Below are positions 49,801 to 57,926 of a DNA stretch of 64,000 bases, piece by piece. The stretch lies in IMG/VR virus record IMGVR_UViG_3300042053_000001. The stretch is one strand, 5' to 3'. A program made the position numbers and the translations under genes. This DNA comes from an uncultured virus (IMG/VR IMGVR_UViG_3300042053_000001). Lineage: Duplodnaviria; Heunggongvirae; Uroviricota; Caudoviricetes. Every line of letters begins with the position of its first letter. The first letter of the stretch is position 1. The notes under the pieces were generated by a model. That model saw only the letters and a program-made list of their open reading frames with translations. It ran no database searches and was not told where the DNA came from.

Positions 49801-49911
49801 CCTTCAGGATATAGTCTCAGCTCAGAAGATGGGATAGACAAAAACTATCCTATAGATATAGATGTCTTCTTCACCAAGAAATTAAAATCATTAGAGGAGT
49901 TATGCAAATAG
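46804..49911 (+). CDS. Large radical SAM protein, TIGR03960-like (annotated B12-binding), with probable DUF2344/TIGR03936-like C-terminal region
   Basis: YIGGEANS, FDILSIT, GIPIF..QR....PIILVGG, GDGEE, GFYEP, CIGSAGLGACSFC, PYRERS, TLGIEG.S.R.R..LNK, FTALQF, FPWE, CGAC. Confidence 0.82.
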   Translation: MSNSDEDLYEVYSTMQEQMLPEDRQALEGGFTSGGNLIDFIDLRPEHTLDESKVLNPPIVNDGEGLLTFLRKTLHKFQCPYAYIGGEANSPSVDTYKDSKLKILICRLSTYNSVSLSMSHSLMAQIYAEIDNVFCDLAFLPSPKDFELLCKNSFPVWFGLNTKLGAKKFDILSITHAVVMEQVNFIPLLWESGIPIFKSQRIDDESQPIILVGGSNSGTTAPLNGEFKDSTGKVHRGIIDCVIYGDGEEAAKQFVEIVISGRKEGKTKREIFRDCHGNVEGFYEPDCYEHNYDGKGVLTSITKSKGREYADLPVVRATVENLDTVRTLEEKILPYSGDGTSVDAAIAGSVGCIGSAGLGACSFCREGSEGPYRERSLDKVIEAIGLATKNQGTKEVTFFSLNFNQYADFFPLVAKSVEKGYKVGLISQRVDMLAETPEQISVQKWLKKSNYTLGIEGISGRTRAYLNKNLQEWEILKCVYVMMKEGASEIKLFQILTGLETDVDIDEFNTLMEKINAIRANLGACTRFRISFTPLFPAAFTALQFAPVRAALNHGARLVDKVFIRAKELGWNRRFSVTREEPLIANSITHGGRVLTDILVRSYFCDDYVFYGCIPEGTWDRWERRIDKDPNIDIDRIWGEKEKDYVFPWEDIAYSTTKQILWLGYVKATAFMGSTYCLSTRTVKGICKWRECGACDPKKTGKPNAQIMKNIVGRKVAPTIPVSKIAELAKTNDKSYHVRVLFRTEDPIYRYVSKGYFSCQIPRALMLTSPKFDNAYITSLGHARMSAGANTTKDWTFGSNIYDFSLREKVSQQELKSILPEANKLIGEGSILDIKVETHLTMLRNDVDYAVYSVFIPNKGVTFHKLSTDIDRFIEARNKGKKAFINVKVAKGKDSVATVKKLLLDKDVRAVTYQFTPEFKGTLVRMAISANFNPFAMLEAITKRKFQMWKEFPIFCDGYVQVPKVEGEVDLFATLLNENPLCKATGRQIEIDLFTGKVLPSGYSLSSEDGIDKNYPIDIDVFFTKKLKSLEELCK

Positions 49912-50510
49912 AGGTAAGACCATTAACACAAAGAGCAAAAGAATACATAAAATCAAGAGGGTACACGGAAGAGATTATAGAAAAAGAGAAGGTCTACAGT
50001 ATTACAGACCCTTATGACAGACCTTGTATAAGATGGCTATGTTACTCAATGTCAGGTGCTTTCATAGGATATAATGACAGGACTATAGAAGGTAAGAGAT
50101 TCTGCTGGGGTCATTCAAGCAGAAGGTTCCTTCCTACTCTCTACGGCACAGAGGAAGACTACAAAATCCTATTTGATACTGGTTCAATGATTCTTGTAGA
50201 AGGAATATTTGACAGAGTAGCTTTAAAGAGATGTTTTCCTAATCAAGCCGTTTTCTCTAGAATGACTGTAGGGTTATCAAACAGTATCTTCAATTTCATC
50301 TTGAGGTTCTGTTCGTGTTTAATCCTGTGCTATGATCAGGATGATGCTGGAGTGAAATCAACAAAAGATGTAGAGAGTAAACTTCTAGGAAAAGTACCTG
50401 TAATATCTTTAAGTTACCGTCATAAAGACCCCTCACTTTTCTTAGAGAAAAGAGGTATTAACGTAATGTTAGAGAAGTTCAAGACTCAAATAGATAGGTA
50501 TACATTATGA
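49902..50510 (+). CDS. DNA primase catalytic/TOPRIM domain (stand-alone)
   Basis: YIKSRG, GYNDR, LVEGIFD, CYDQDDAG, KDP; lacks the Zn-binding domain. Confidence 0.88.
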   Translation: MQIEVRPLTQRAKEYIKSRGYTEEIIEKEKVYSITDPYDRPCIRWLCYSMSGAFIGYNDRTIEGKRFCWGHSSRRFLPTLYGTEEDYKILFDTGSMILVEGIFDRVALKRCFPNQAVFSRMTVGLSNSIFNFILRFCSCLILCYDQDDAGVKSTKDVESKLLGKVPVISLSYRHKDPSLFLEKRGINVMLEKFKTQIDRYTL

Positions 50511-51637
50511 CGAATTTGAATCTGCCAAATAAGTACAGACCAAAAAACTTCTGTTCTGTATTAGGTCAAGATAGTGAAGTCAAGATACTGAGACAGATAG
50601 CAACCAAAGACTGGTTACCTAATGCTATTCTCATCTCGGGACCTTTCGGAACAGGTAAAACGACTCTTGCAAGATTATTGGCAAGATCTTTATTCTGTTC
50701 AGATAGGAAGAAGGATTCACAAGGGGTTTTGTGTGAACCTTGTGGGGAATGTAGAAGTTGTAAGTCTATGGATTCATTAAACCATCCTAACTACAGGGAG
50801 GTTGATTCTGCTTCTCATGGATCTGTTGCAGATATTAGATCTTTAAAAGGAGACTTGGCATATAGGTCAGGGAGTACAGGGGTTATAATAGTTCTTGATG
50901 AATGCCATCAGTTGACTAGTGCAGCACAGAATTCTCTTTTACAGATTTTAGAAGAAGGGAGTTCAAAAGATGTTCTGTTCATTTTTGCTACTACAGCCAA
51001 AGATAAGATGTTGCCAACCATCTTATCTAGATGTATCAATTTGAATATGAGACTTCTCACTCCTACTCAAGTTAGTACGAGATTACAACAGGTGTGTGGT
51101 TTAGAAGGTATTAAACACACAGGCTCTGCACTTAAACTCATAGCTTCTTATATAAAAGGTCATATGAGAGATGCTCTAATGTTATTAGAGCAATTGTCAA
51201 ACACAACAGATATCATTACTGAAGACATAGTTAGAACCTATTTAAGGTTAGACAAAGACATTGAGATTTATAAGTTCTTAAGTGAGAGCGACGTAAAGAC
51301 AAATTTACAGACGTTAGAGGCGTTATTGTGTACATACCATTCATCAGAGTTATTAAAGTGTTTAGTAACTATACTGGTAGAGGCTTTTAAAGTTTCTAAG
51401 GGTTTACCCGCAGCAACTGAGGTAGACTCTGTGTGGTTGAAAAAGGTTGCAACTACTAGAGGAGAGGATAATTTGTTAAACATGGCAGAGAGTTTGTTAC
51501 TAAAGTCGAACAGCCCTGTATCCTTTATACAAGAAGGGATTGCGGTAATTGGAGGTGTTCTGTTTCGACATAAAGCCGTTGAGGTTAGTGTTCAGCAGAA
51601 TAGTTCTGATTTTCGAAGGAAGAAAAGTTCGTGTTAA
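50507..51637 (+). CDS. dnaX: Clamp-loader ATPase, DNA pol III gamma/tau-like
   Basis: KYRP..F..VLGQ, GPFGTGKTT, PCGECRSC, EVDSAS, LDECHQLT..AQN.LL..LEE, TILSRC, G.MRDA. Confidence 0.95.
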   Translation: MTNLNLPNKYRPKNFCSVLGQDSEVKILRQIATKDWLPNAILISGPFGTGKTTLARLLARSLFCSDRKKDSQGVLCEPCGECRSCKSMDSLNHPNYREVDSASHGSVADIRSLKGDLAYRSGSTGVIIVLDECHQLTSAAQNSLLQILEEGSSKDVLFIFATTAKDKMLPTILSRCINLNMRLLTPTQVSTRLQQVCGLEGIKHTGSALKLIASYIKGHMRDALMLLEQLSNTTDIITEDIVRTYLRLDKDIEIYKFLSESDVKTNLQTLEALLCTYHSSELLKCLVTILVEAFKVSKGLPAATEVDSVWLKKVATTRGEDNLLNMAESLLLKSNSPVSFIQEGIAVIGGVLFRHKAVEVSVQQNSSDFRRKKSSC

Positions 51638-51653
51638 TTAAAAGGAGATCATT

Positions 51654-52532
51654 ATGGAAAGAGTGTTAATAGTGGATGCCTCACCACTAATATATAGTAA
51701 TTACAGTAAGTTATCCCATATAAAAAGTTCTAAGGGTGAACCTACAGGAGTTCGATATGGGTTCATTCGTTCTATTAAGTCTTTACAAGTTAAGACTAGG
51801 GTAGATAGAGTTATAATTTGTTATGACAGTAAAGGGTCTATAGATAAAGCTGAAGGTGTTTCTGAGTATAAAGCTAACAGAGTTGAGACTCAGGTAAAGA
51901 AAGACATGTACTCTCAGATAGATGATTTAAAGGCTCTGTTAAGTTTAACAAGATGGGCTCAAGTAGAAAAACCTGGTGTAGAAGCAGATGACATAGTCGC
52001 TACTCTAGCTAGGAAAGAGTATGAAAAGGGACATAAGGTAATAATATTTTCAGTTGACGAAGATTTTTTACAGCTGATATGTAATAGACCTTGTTCTAGT
52101 ATAAGTGTCGCAGTTAAAATTAATTCAAAATTACAGATAAGAGATGATTCCTTCGTTATAGACAAGTACGGGGTAAGACCTTCAAACTTGCTATATCTAA
52201 GGTCATTAAAGGGTGACACATCCGATAATCTAAAGAGTGTTGGTTTAAAAAGTTCTACACTTGCACACATTATAAAAGTATTAGATGGAGTTCCGGAAGG
52301 GTTAAATCTTCAGGAGTTGGGTTTATATGTCAGATGTAAGTGTGATTCTGAAATGCAAGAAGAGTTACTGAGTGTTGAAGATAAAATTCTGAGAAACCAG
52401 AAGGTAATGACTTTATATAACATAGATGATTTATATGTAAAAGAAGGGCTCTCAGATCTTGAGAGCCTTACGAAATTGTTTGAGGAGTTGGAGTTTAAGT
52501 CTTTGATTCAACATATAAATTTATTTCTGTGA
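51654..52532 (+). CDS. 5'-3' exonuclease/flap endonuclease
   Basis: LIVDAS, YKANR, GVEADD, SVDEDFLQL, LKGDTSDNL. Confidence 0.93.
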   Translation: MERVLIVDASPLIYSNYSKLSHIKSSKGEPTGVRYGFIRSIKSLQVKTRVDRVIICYDSKGSIDKAEGVSEYKANRVETQVKKDMYSQIDDLKALLSLTRWAQVEKPGVEADDIVATLARKEYEKGHKVIIFSVDEDFLQLICNRPCSSISVAVKINSKLQIRDDSFVIDKYGVRPSNLLYLRSLKGDTSDNLKSVGLKSSTLAHIIKVLDGVPEGLNLQELGLYVRCKCDSEMQEELLSVEDKILRNQKVMTLYNIDDLYVKEGLSDLESLTKLFEELEFKSLIQHINLFL

Positions 52533-52554
52533 GTAGATAACAAAGGAGGTTTTA

Positions 52555-52620
52555 ATGGGCGTTAATCTTATTATATGTGTGGTCATTCTTCTATTACTAG
52601 TTGCGAAGTCTATTAGATAG
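52555..52620 (+). CDS. 21-aa hydrophobic peptide (not in ORF track)
   Basis: Strong AAAGGAGGT RBS, then MGVNLIICVVILLLLVAKSIR*. Confidence 0.5.
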   Translation: MGVNLIICVVILLLLVAKSIR

Positions 52621-52629
52621 TCTGAAATA

Positions 52630-52663
52630 GAAACCTTTACAGGTTTCCCCTCTATGATACAAT
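52630..52663 (+). promoter_or_regulatory. Putative promoter for nrdJ overlapped by a 7-bp inverted repeat
   Basis: TTTACA-16 bp-TACAAT with TGn extension; GAAACCT-TTAC-AGGTTTC covers the -35. Confidence 0.4.
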
Positions 52664-52701
52664 TCTTTCCCCTAACTAAGAATTTTAAAAGGAGATTAAG
52701 T

Positions 52702-54558
52702 ATGGTGGACCCCTACAAACAGCAGATAGTTCTAGATGTTTGGAAAGAAAAGTATTCGACTAAAGGGGAGGTGTGCATCGATGAAAGTTTTAAACGTGTT
52801 GTAGAGGCTATAATACCTTTAACTGTAAAGAACAAGCACCGAGAGAAAATTCTTCAGGCGTTAAAAGATAGGCATCAGATTTTAGCTGGCAGGGTTTTAT
52901 CCGGAGCAGGTTCTTCAAAGAGAGTGACCTTATTAAATTGTTTTGTATCACCTAAGATAGAGGATTCCTTAGATTCTATTATGGATTGTCTAGCTACATC
53001 TGCGTTCACTCAACAGATGGGTGGTGGAATAGGTATGGACTTCTCTAACTTAAGACCTTGTGGGGCTACAGTTTTCAGGACTGGCTCTGAGTCTAGCGGA
53101 GTAATACCTTTTATGCATATGTGGGATGCCATGTGTAAAACTATTATGTCCTCAGGATCTCGTAGAGGTGCAATGATGGGGACACTGTCTGTATACCACC
53201 CAGATATTGAAAGATTCATAGACGTAAAGAAGAAGAGTGGAAGCTTAGAGATGTTCAATCTCTCTATTCTAATACCGGATAGCTTTATGCGTTCTGTAGC
53301 GGATGATGGTATAGTTCATTTGAAATGCCCTAACCCTAGGGTAGACGAAACTTACACAGAAATCTTAGAAGAAGGTGGCCAGAAGTTTTATGTGTATAAG
53401 ACTATTAAGGCTAGAGATTTGTGGGAAAGAATAACTAAATCCACTTATGTTTATAGTGAACCAGGTCTTATTTTTATTGATAGGGTAAACAAGCTCAACA
53501 ACCTTTACTATTGTGAGTCTATATCCGCTACAAACCCTTGTGGAGAGCAACCCCTACCTCATAATGGTTGTTGTAACTTAGGTCATATAAATCTTGCTGG
53601 CATGGTCAAGAATTCTTTTACAGATGAAGCAAGTATAGATTGGGAATTGTTGAAGGAGACTGCAACAGGGTTAACGTATTTTCAAGATGCAGTTATCGAG
53701 AACTCTTTATACCCTACCGAAGAACAAAGAACAGAGGCTTTAGATAAGCGCAGATTAGGGCTTGGGTATACAGGTCTAGCGAACATGCTTCAGCAGTTAA
53801 AGGTTGCCTACGGTACAGATAAGGCTGTTTCCATAACACGAGAAGTTTCTGAGGCTTTTGCTTGTGCAGTTTATAGAGCCTCAATCAGTCTATCTAAAGA
53901 GAAAGGGAGTTTCCCAAGTTTTGACGTAGATAATTTTCTGAAAGCTTCTTTTGTTACCAAGCTTCCAAAGGATATAAGGGATGGTATTAGAAAACACGGA
54001 ATTAGAAACGGGGTGTTGCTAACTATAGCCCCTACAGGTACAAGTTCTATTATCGCAGGGAATGTAAGTTCCGGTATAGAGCCTGTGTTTGCATTTACGT
54101 ATACAAGAAAGGTTCTTGTTAAAGATGAGTTTAACGAAGATACTAAGAGACAGTACGAAGTTTACGACTATGGTTATCTAAAGTTTTATTCTACTTTACA
54201 CCCTGATAAAGAACTAGGATCTGTCCCTCTTCCTCACTATATGAATACAGCAAAAGATTTGACAGTGGTGTCTCATTTAAAGATGGTAGCAGCAGCTCAA
54301 GAGTGGGTAGATTCTGCTATTTCAAAAACAGTTAATGTACCTACAGATCTTTCGTATGAAGACTTTAAAAACATCTATTTAGCGGCTTATTCTCTCGGGT
54401 TAAAGGGGTGTACAACTTATAGAGAGTGTGCGGAGTCAGGGAGGATGTCTGTGCTACAGTCATCAGAGATGGTATGTAAAACCTGTAATTCTTCTATCCC
54501 TTCTAATTCAGGTTCATGTGCTATATGCCCTATATGCGGTGTTGGTTCATGCGGGTAA
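52702..54558 (+). CDS. nrdJ: Class II (adenosylcobalamin-dependent) ribonucleotide reductase (ATG 52702; ORF open from 52654)
   Basis: NCFV, GGGIGMDFS.LRP, RRGAMM, EPGLIFID, TNPCGEQPL, CNLG, TIAPTGT, LKGCTTYR, C-terminal Zn ribbon; no nrdB nearby. Confidence 0.92.
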   Translation: MVDPYKQQIVLDVWKEKYSTKGEVCIDESFKRVVEAIIPLTVKNKHREKILQALKDRHQILAGRVLSGAGSSKRVTLLNCFVSPKIEDSLDSIMDCLATSAFTQQMGGGIGMDFSNLRPCGATVFRTGSESSGVIPFMHMWDAMCKTIMSSGSRRGAMMGTLSVYHPDIERFIDVKKKSGSLEMFNLSILIPDSFMRSVADDGIVHLKCPNPRVDETYTEILEEGGQKFYVYKTIKARDLWERITKSTYVYSEPGLIFIDRVNKLNNLYYCESISATNPCGEQPLPHNGCCNLGHINLAGMVKNSFTDEASIDWELLKETATGLTYFQDAVIENSLYPTEEQRTEALDKRRLGLGYTGLANMLQQLKVAYGTDKAVSITREVSEAFACAVYRASISLSKEKGSFPSFDVDNFLKASFVTKLPKDIRDGIRKHGIRNGVLLTIAPTGTSSIIAGNVSSGIEPVFAFTYTRKVLVKDEFNEDTKRQYEVYDYGYLKFYSTLHPDKELGSVPLPHYMNTAKDLTVVSHLKMVAAAQEWVDSAISKTVNVPTDLSYEDFKNIYLAAYSLGLKGCTTYRECAESGRMSVLQSSEMVCKTCNSSIPSNSGSCAICPICGVGSCG

Positions 54559-54563
54559 ATAGA

Positions 54564-54974
54564 ATGTCTGATAAACAACACATCTGTAAGGATATTCGAG
54601 ATTTACTGGCTAGTGGTTTAGATTGTAATGTTCAAGATGTGTATGGGAACTCTTGCCTCCATTATTCATGTGTGAATGCAAGGTCTGATATCAAGCAGTT
54701 ATTATTAAAGAGACTTAAAGTTAAGGAAAGGTGTCCTAGTAAGGAGAAATATTTGAAATTATTTTCACTTTGTATTATACACGGTGTTAGATGCACCCAA
54801 ACTCTTATAGAGTTTGGGTGTAAGGTATCTATAAGAAACATGTTAGGTCACTCTTCTCTATACGTTGCTTGTTATAATGATCATTTAGACGTTTTGAGAT
54901 ACCTAATACCTGAAGAACAGAAGGTCGTAAGATCAGATGTAAAAAAGTATCTTGCTATATTGTCAGAGTGTTAA
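54564..54974 (+). CDS. Ankyrin-repeat protein 1 (degenerate; ORF open from 54516)
   Basis: QDVYGNSCLHYSC, NMLGHSSLYVAC. Confidence 0.8.
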   Translation: MSDKQHICKDIRDLLASGLDCNVQDVYGNSCLHYSCVNARSDIKQLLLKRLKVKERCPSKEKYLKLFSLCIIHGVRCTQTLIEFGCKVSIRNMLGHSSLYVACYNDHLDVLRYLIPEEQKVVRSDVKKYLAILSEC

Positions 54975-54987
54975 GAGGTCCTCTAAA

Positions 54988-55878
54988 ATGGTTTTAGACT
55001 TACTGGATGCCTGTAGAAAAGGTAACACTGTACAGGTTAGATCTATTATAAAGGGTAAGAACAGTTTCAAGTTTCAAGTTTCAAGTAAAGGAGAGACACC
55101 TTTACATTTAGCTTGTAAATATGGTCATTCTGCCATAGTAAAAATCCTGACAACAAAAGGGGAAAACCTAAACAGTAAAACATTAATAGGTCAAACTCCT
55201 TTACATTTAGCATGTTTAAATACCGTTACGAAAGTGGTAACAATTATGCTTAAAAAAGGTGCAGACATGTTAGAGGGAGATTGTAGGGGAGATTCTCCTT
55301 TACACTATGTCGCGTTAAAAGGTTCTATGGAATTCTTAAATCTTTTTATTGGGACAGGGGTTTCTTTAGATAAGAAGAATCTATTTGGGAACTCTGCTCT
55401 ACACCACGCCTGTTTCTGTGGTCATTATAAGGTCGTAGAAGCTCTTGTAGGTTCAGGGTGTAATATAGACGTCACTAATAACGAGATGTTCCTTCCTATC
55501 CACATAGCAAGCTCTGAGGGCAAGACTTCTTGTGTAGAGTTGTTGTTAAATCTAGGAGTTTCTCCAGAAATAAAAAGTGGTTCTGAAGGGAACACTTGTT
55601 TACATCTTGCCTCACTGGCTGGGAGAGAAGATACAGTACAAGTGCTGTTAGATAAATCTGCTCGTATTTCGGCGGTTAACGATCATGGCGACTCCTCGTT
55701 ACATTTAGCTTGTATGAAAGATCATTTATCAGTGTGTAAACTTCTTCTATCTAGCGGGTCTAGTATCTTACTTAAAAATAAATTAGGTTTCTCCCCTAGA
55801 CAGTTAGCTACTAGCAGAGGTCATATTAGAATAGTTAATTTAATGAAGTCCGCAGAGAGTTTTGGGAAAATAGACTAG
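54988..55878 (+). CDS. Ankyrin-repeat protein 2 (~8 repeats; ORF open from 54952)
   Basis: Repeated GETPLHLAC/GDSPLHY/GNSALHHAC at ~33-aa spacing. Confidence 0.95.
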   Translation: MVLDLLDACRKGNTVQVRSIIKGKNSFKFQVSSKGETPLHLACKYGHSAIVKILTTKGENLNSKTLIGQTPLHLACLNTVTKVVTIMLKKGADMLEGDCRGDSPLHYVALKGSMEFLNLFIGTGVSLDKKNLFGNSALHHACFCGHYKVVEALVGSGCNIDVTNNEMFLPIHIASSEGKTSCVELLLNLGVSPEIKSGSEGNTCLHLASLAGREDTVQVLLDKSARISAVNDHGDSSLHLACMKDHLSVCKLLLSSGSSILLKNKLGFSPRQLATSRGHIRIVNLMKSAESFGKID

Positions 55879-55903
55879 AAGTTATACATGTAGTCCAAAG
55901 AAT

Positions 55904-55993
55904 GGCAGCCACACGCGCTGTACAATACCTGTAGGAAAAGGCAGCCACACGCGCTGTACAATACCTGTAGGAAAAGGCAGCCACACGCGCTGT
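55904..55993. repeat. 36-bp tandem repeat x2.5 with a GC-rich core, intergenic
   Basis: ggcagccacacgcgctgtacaatacctgtaggaaaa at 55904 and 55940; first 18 bp again at 55976. Confidence 0.95.
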
Positions 55994-56039
55994 GAAACTA
56001 CAGTAGGAAGAATAAGTAGAGGTTAGAGGGTAGGTTAGA

Positions 56040-56549
56040 ATGCATCAATCAGAAGACTTGAATAAGGACTTACAAGAGTATTGCCTCATAGGGGATATTC
56101 AGAAAATTGTTAGGTCTATAGATAAAGGGGCAGATAGGTTTTGTGTAGATGAAGAAGGTCGTACTTGTCTTCATACAGCTTGCATAGCAGGAAATGTTGT
56201 AGTTGTTAGATTTCTTTTAAATTTTACATACCGTGTTGACGAGGATGCAAAGGATAAGTTTGGGCTCACTCCTTTTCACTACGCATGTAAGTTGGGCTAT
56301 AAAGAGATATGCATTATTCTTGTTAGTTATGGATGTCTTATAGACTGTATAGGTTCAGAAGGTACAGCTCTTCTTTTAGCTTGTAGAAATGGGTATGTAG
56401 ATATAGCCAGACTTCTAATTAAAAGAGGTGCAGATGTGAACTATTGTGATCAGTTTGGAAAGAGTATTCTTTCAAATTGTAGAATAAAAGGTTGTTTAGA
56501 TATATTGTCTTTATTACTAGACAGTGGAGTTCTTGTTGACGATGGTTAA
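56040..56549 (+). CDS. Ankyrin-repeat protein 3
   Basis: GRTCLHTAC, GLTPFHYAC, TALLLAC..G. Confidence 0.93.
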   Translation: MHQSEDLNKDLQEYCLIGDIQKIVRSIDKGADRFCVDEEGRTCLHTACIAGNVVVVRFLLNFTYRVDEDAKDKFGLTPFHYACKLGYKEICIILVSYGCLIDCIGSEGTALLLACRNGYVDIARLLIKRGADVNYCDQFGKSILSNCRIKGCLDILSLLLDSGVLVDDG

Positions 56550-56706
56550 AGAGCCAAAGTAACAGAATTATTTTTAATGTTTTAATTTAGGTGTAAATTT
56601 AATAAAATATTTATACTATACATTCTATTCTTATAAATAAATTATTCGTTGTTAGTTCAATAAGGTTTATTTTAAAAATTTGTACTTTCTGCGAAAAATA
56701 AAAATG

Positions 56707-56735
56707 TTGATTAAATTTTCGCTTTCTGTTAATAT
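56707..56735 (+). promoter_or_regulatory. Putative sigma70-type promoter in an AT-rich intergenic island
   Basis: TTGATT-17 bp-TAATAT with TGn extension, 33 bp before ATG 56768. Confidence 0.45.
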
Positions 56736-56767
56736 TTAAAAATCAATATTATATTTTAGGTGGTAAA

Positions 56768-57859
56768 ATGGGTACAAGAGCTTATTCAAGTATAAGTAGG
56801 AGTTCGAGTGTACCCGCAGATTTATCTAAGTTAGATGAAATAGACCAGTTTCAAGCTACAGTAGTTAGAGCTGTAGAAAAAATTACTCCTCCAACAAAAA
56901 TAATTCTATTAAGTCCAGACATGGCGTCCTCGCCTTATGTCACGTACAGTGAGATGAGTGTTCAAGATTATCAATTAGACCTTCTAGAGTCTTGCTCTAC
57001 AGGAAATGAGAAGAACGTCAAGAAACTATTAGAAAAGAATTTAGATTTAGAGATAAGAGATGCGAAAGGGAATTCTGCTTTACATATAGCGTGTGGTTGG
57101 GGATACGTTAATATTGTACAGGCTTTAATCTCAAAAGGATGTGACATAGAATCCAGAGATGCAGATTCTGATACAAGTTTACACCTAGCATGTAGACATG
57201 GATATCCTGAAATTGTTCAAGAACTTCTTGATTGCGGCGCAGACCCTACCGCTTTAGATAAAGATGGAGATGAGCCTTTACATATCGCTTGTGTGTATGG
57301 GTACACTAAAGTTGTAAAATGTCTTTTAATGAAGACATTTACAAATTTAAAAGGCAGTAATGGAGCTTCACCACTACATACAGCTTGTTGTAGCGGATAC
57401 ATTGAGATTGCAGACATGTTAATTCTTTCTGGTTGTGATATAGATGTAAAGGATAAAGACGGGTTCACTCCACTCCATTACGCTAGTGTTAAAGGAAGCA
57501 CCCCAATAGTTAAGAGGCTTCTACAGAAAGGGGCAAGAATTGAGGAAAGTTCATATAAATTTACAGCTCTACATTTAGCTTGTCAGATGGGCTACTTAGG
57601 TGTCGCCATGGTGTTATTAGACAACGGTGCTAAAGTTAATGTGGCTAATATTTATAGAGACACACCTTTGCACCTAGCGTGTTCTTCGAATTCTTTGTCG
57701 ATTGTTAAACTTCTCTGTACAAGAGACATACACTTTGACATTAAGAACGTGTGGGATATGACCCCACTTGACTTAGCTAAAGACAATAACTATGAAGATA
57801 TTTGTTTAGTCTTAGAAAAAGCTATGTCACAAGACTACAGCTATGAAACTGTAGTATAA
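56768..57859 (+). CDS. Ankyrin-repeat protein 4 (~8 repeats, ~65-aa N-terminal extension)
   Basis: GNSALHIAC, DTSLHLAC, GDEPLHIAC, GFTPLHYAS and others. Confidence 0.95.
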   Translation: MGTRAYSSISRSSSVPADLSKLDEIDQFQATVVRAVEKITPPTKIILLSPDMASSPYVTYSEMSVQDYQLDLLESCSTGNEKNVKKLLEKNLDLEIRDAKGNSALHIACGWGYVNIVQALISKGCDIESRDADSDTSLHLACRHGYPEIVQELLDCGADPTALDKDGDEPLHIACVYGYTKVVKCLLMKTFTNLKGSNGASPLHTACCSGYIEIADMLILSGCDIDVKDKDGFTPLHYASVKGSTPIVKRLLQKGARIEESSYKFTALHLACQMGYLGVAMVLLDNGAKVNVANIYRDTPLHLACSSNSLSIVKLLCTRDIHFDIKNVWDMTPLDLAKDNNYEDICLVLEKAMSQDYSYETVV

Positions 57860-57926
57860 ACCCACAATTTATTTTACATATCTTAGAATCCGTTTTAATC
57901 GGTGTTTAGGTTAAGAAATCTTTACC

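Noticed and set aside
55904..56010. Mini-CRISPR array
   Set aside because: The would-be repeat is only 18 bp, the first two 'spacers' are identical and 18 bp long, and there is no cas operon; it is a tandem repeat
351..57468. Minus-strand ORFs and short nested plus-strand ORFs in the track (e.g. 2861..3127, 16999..17373, 22843..23091)
   Set aside because: They lie within or mostly overlap well-supported + strand genes and have no recognisable motifs; treated as shadow ORFs
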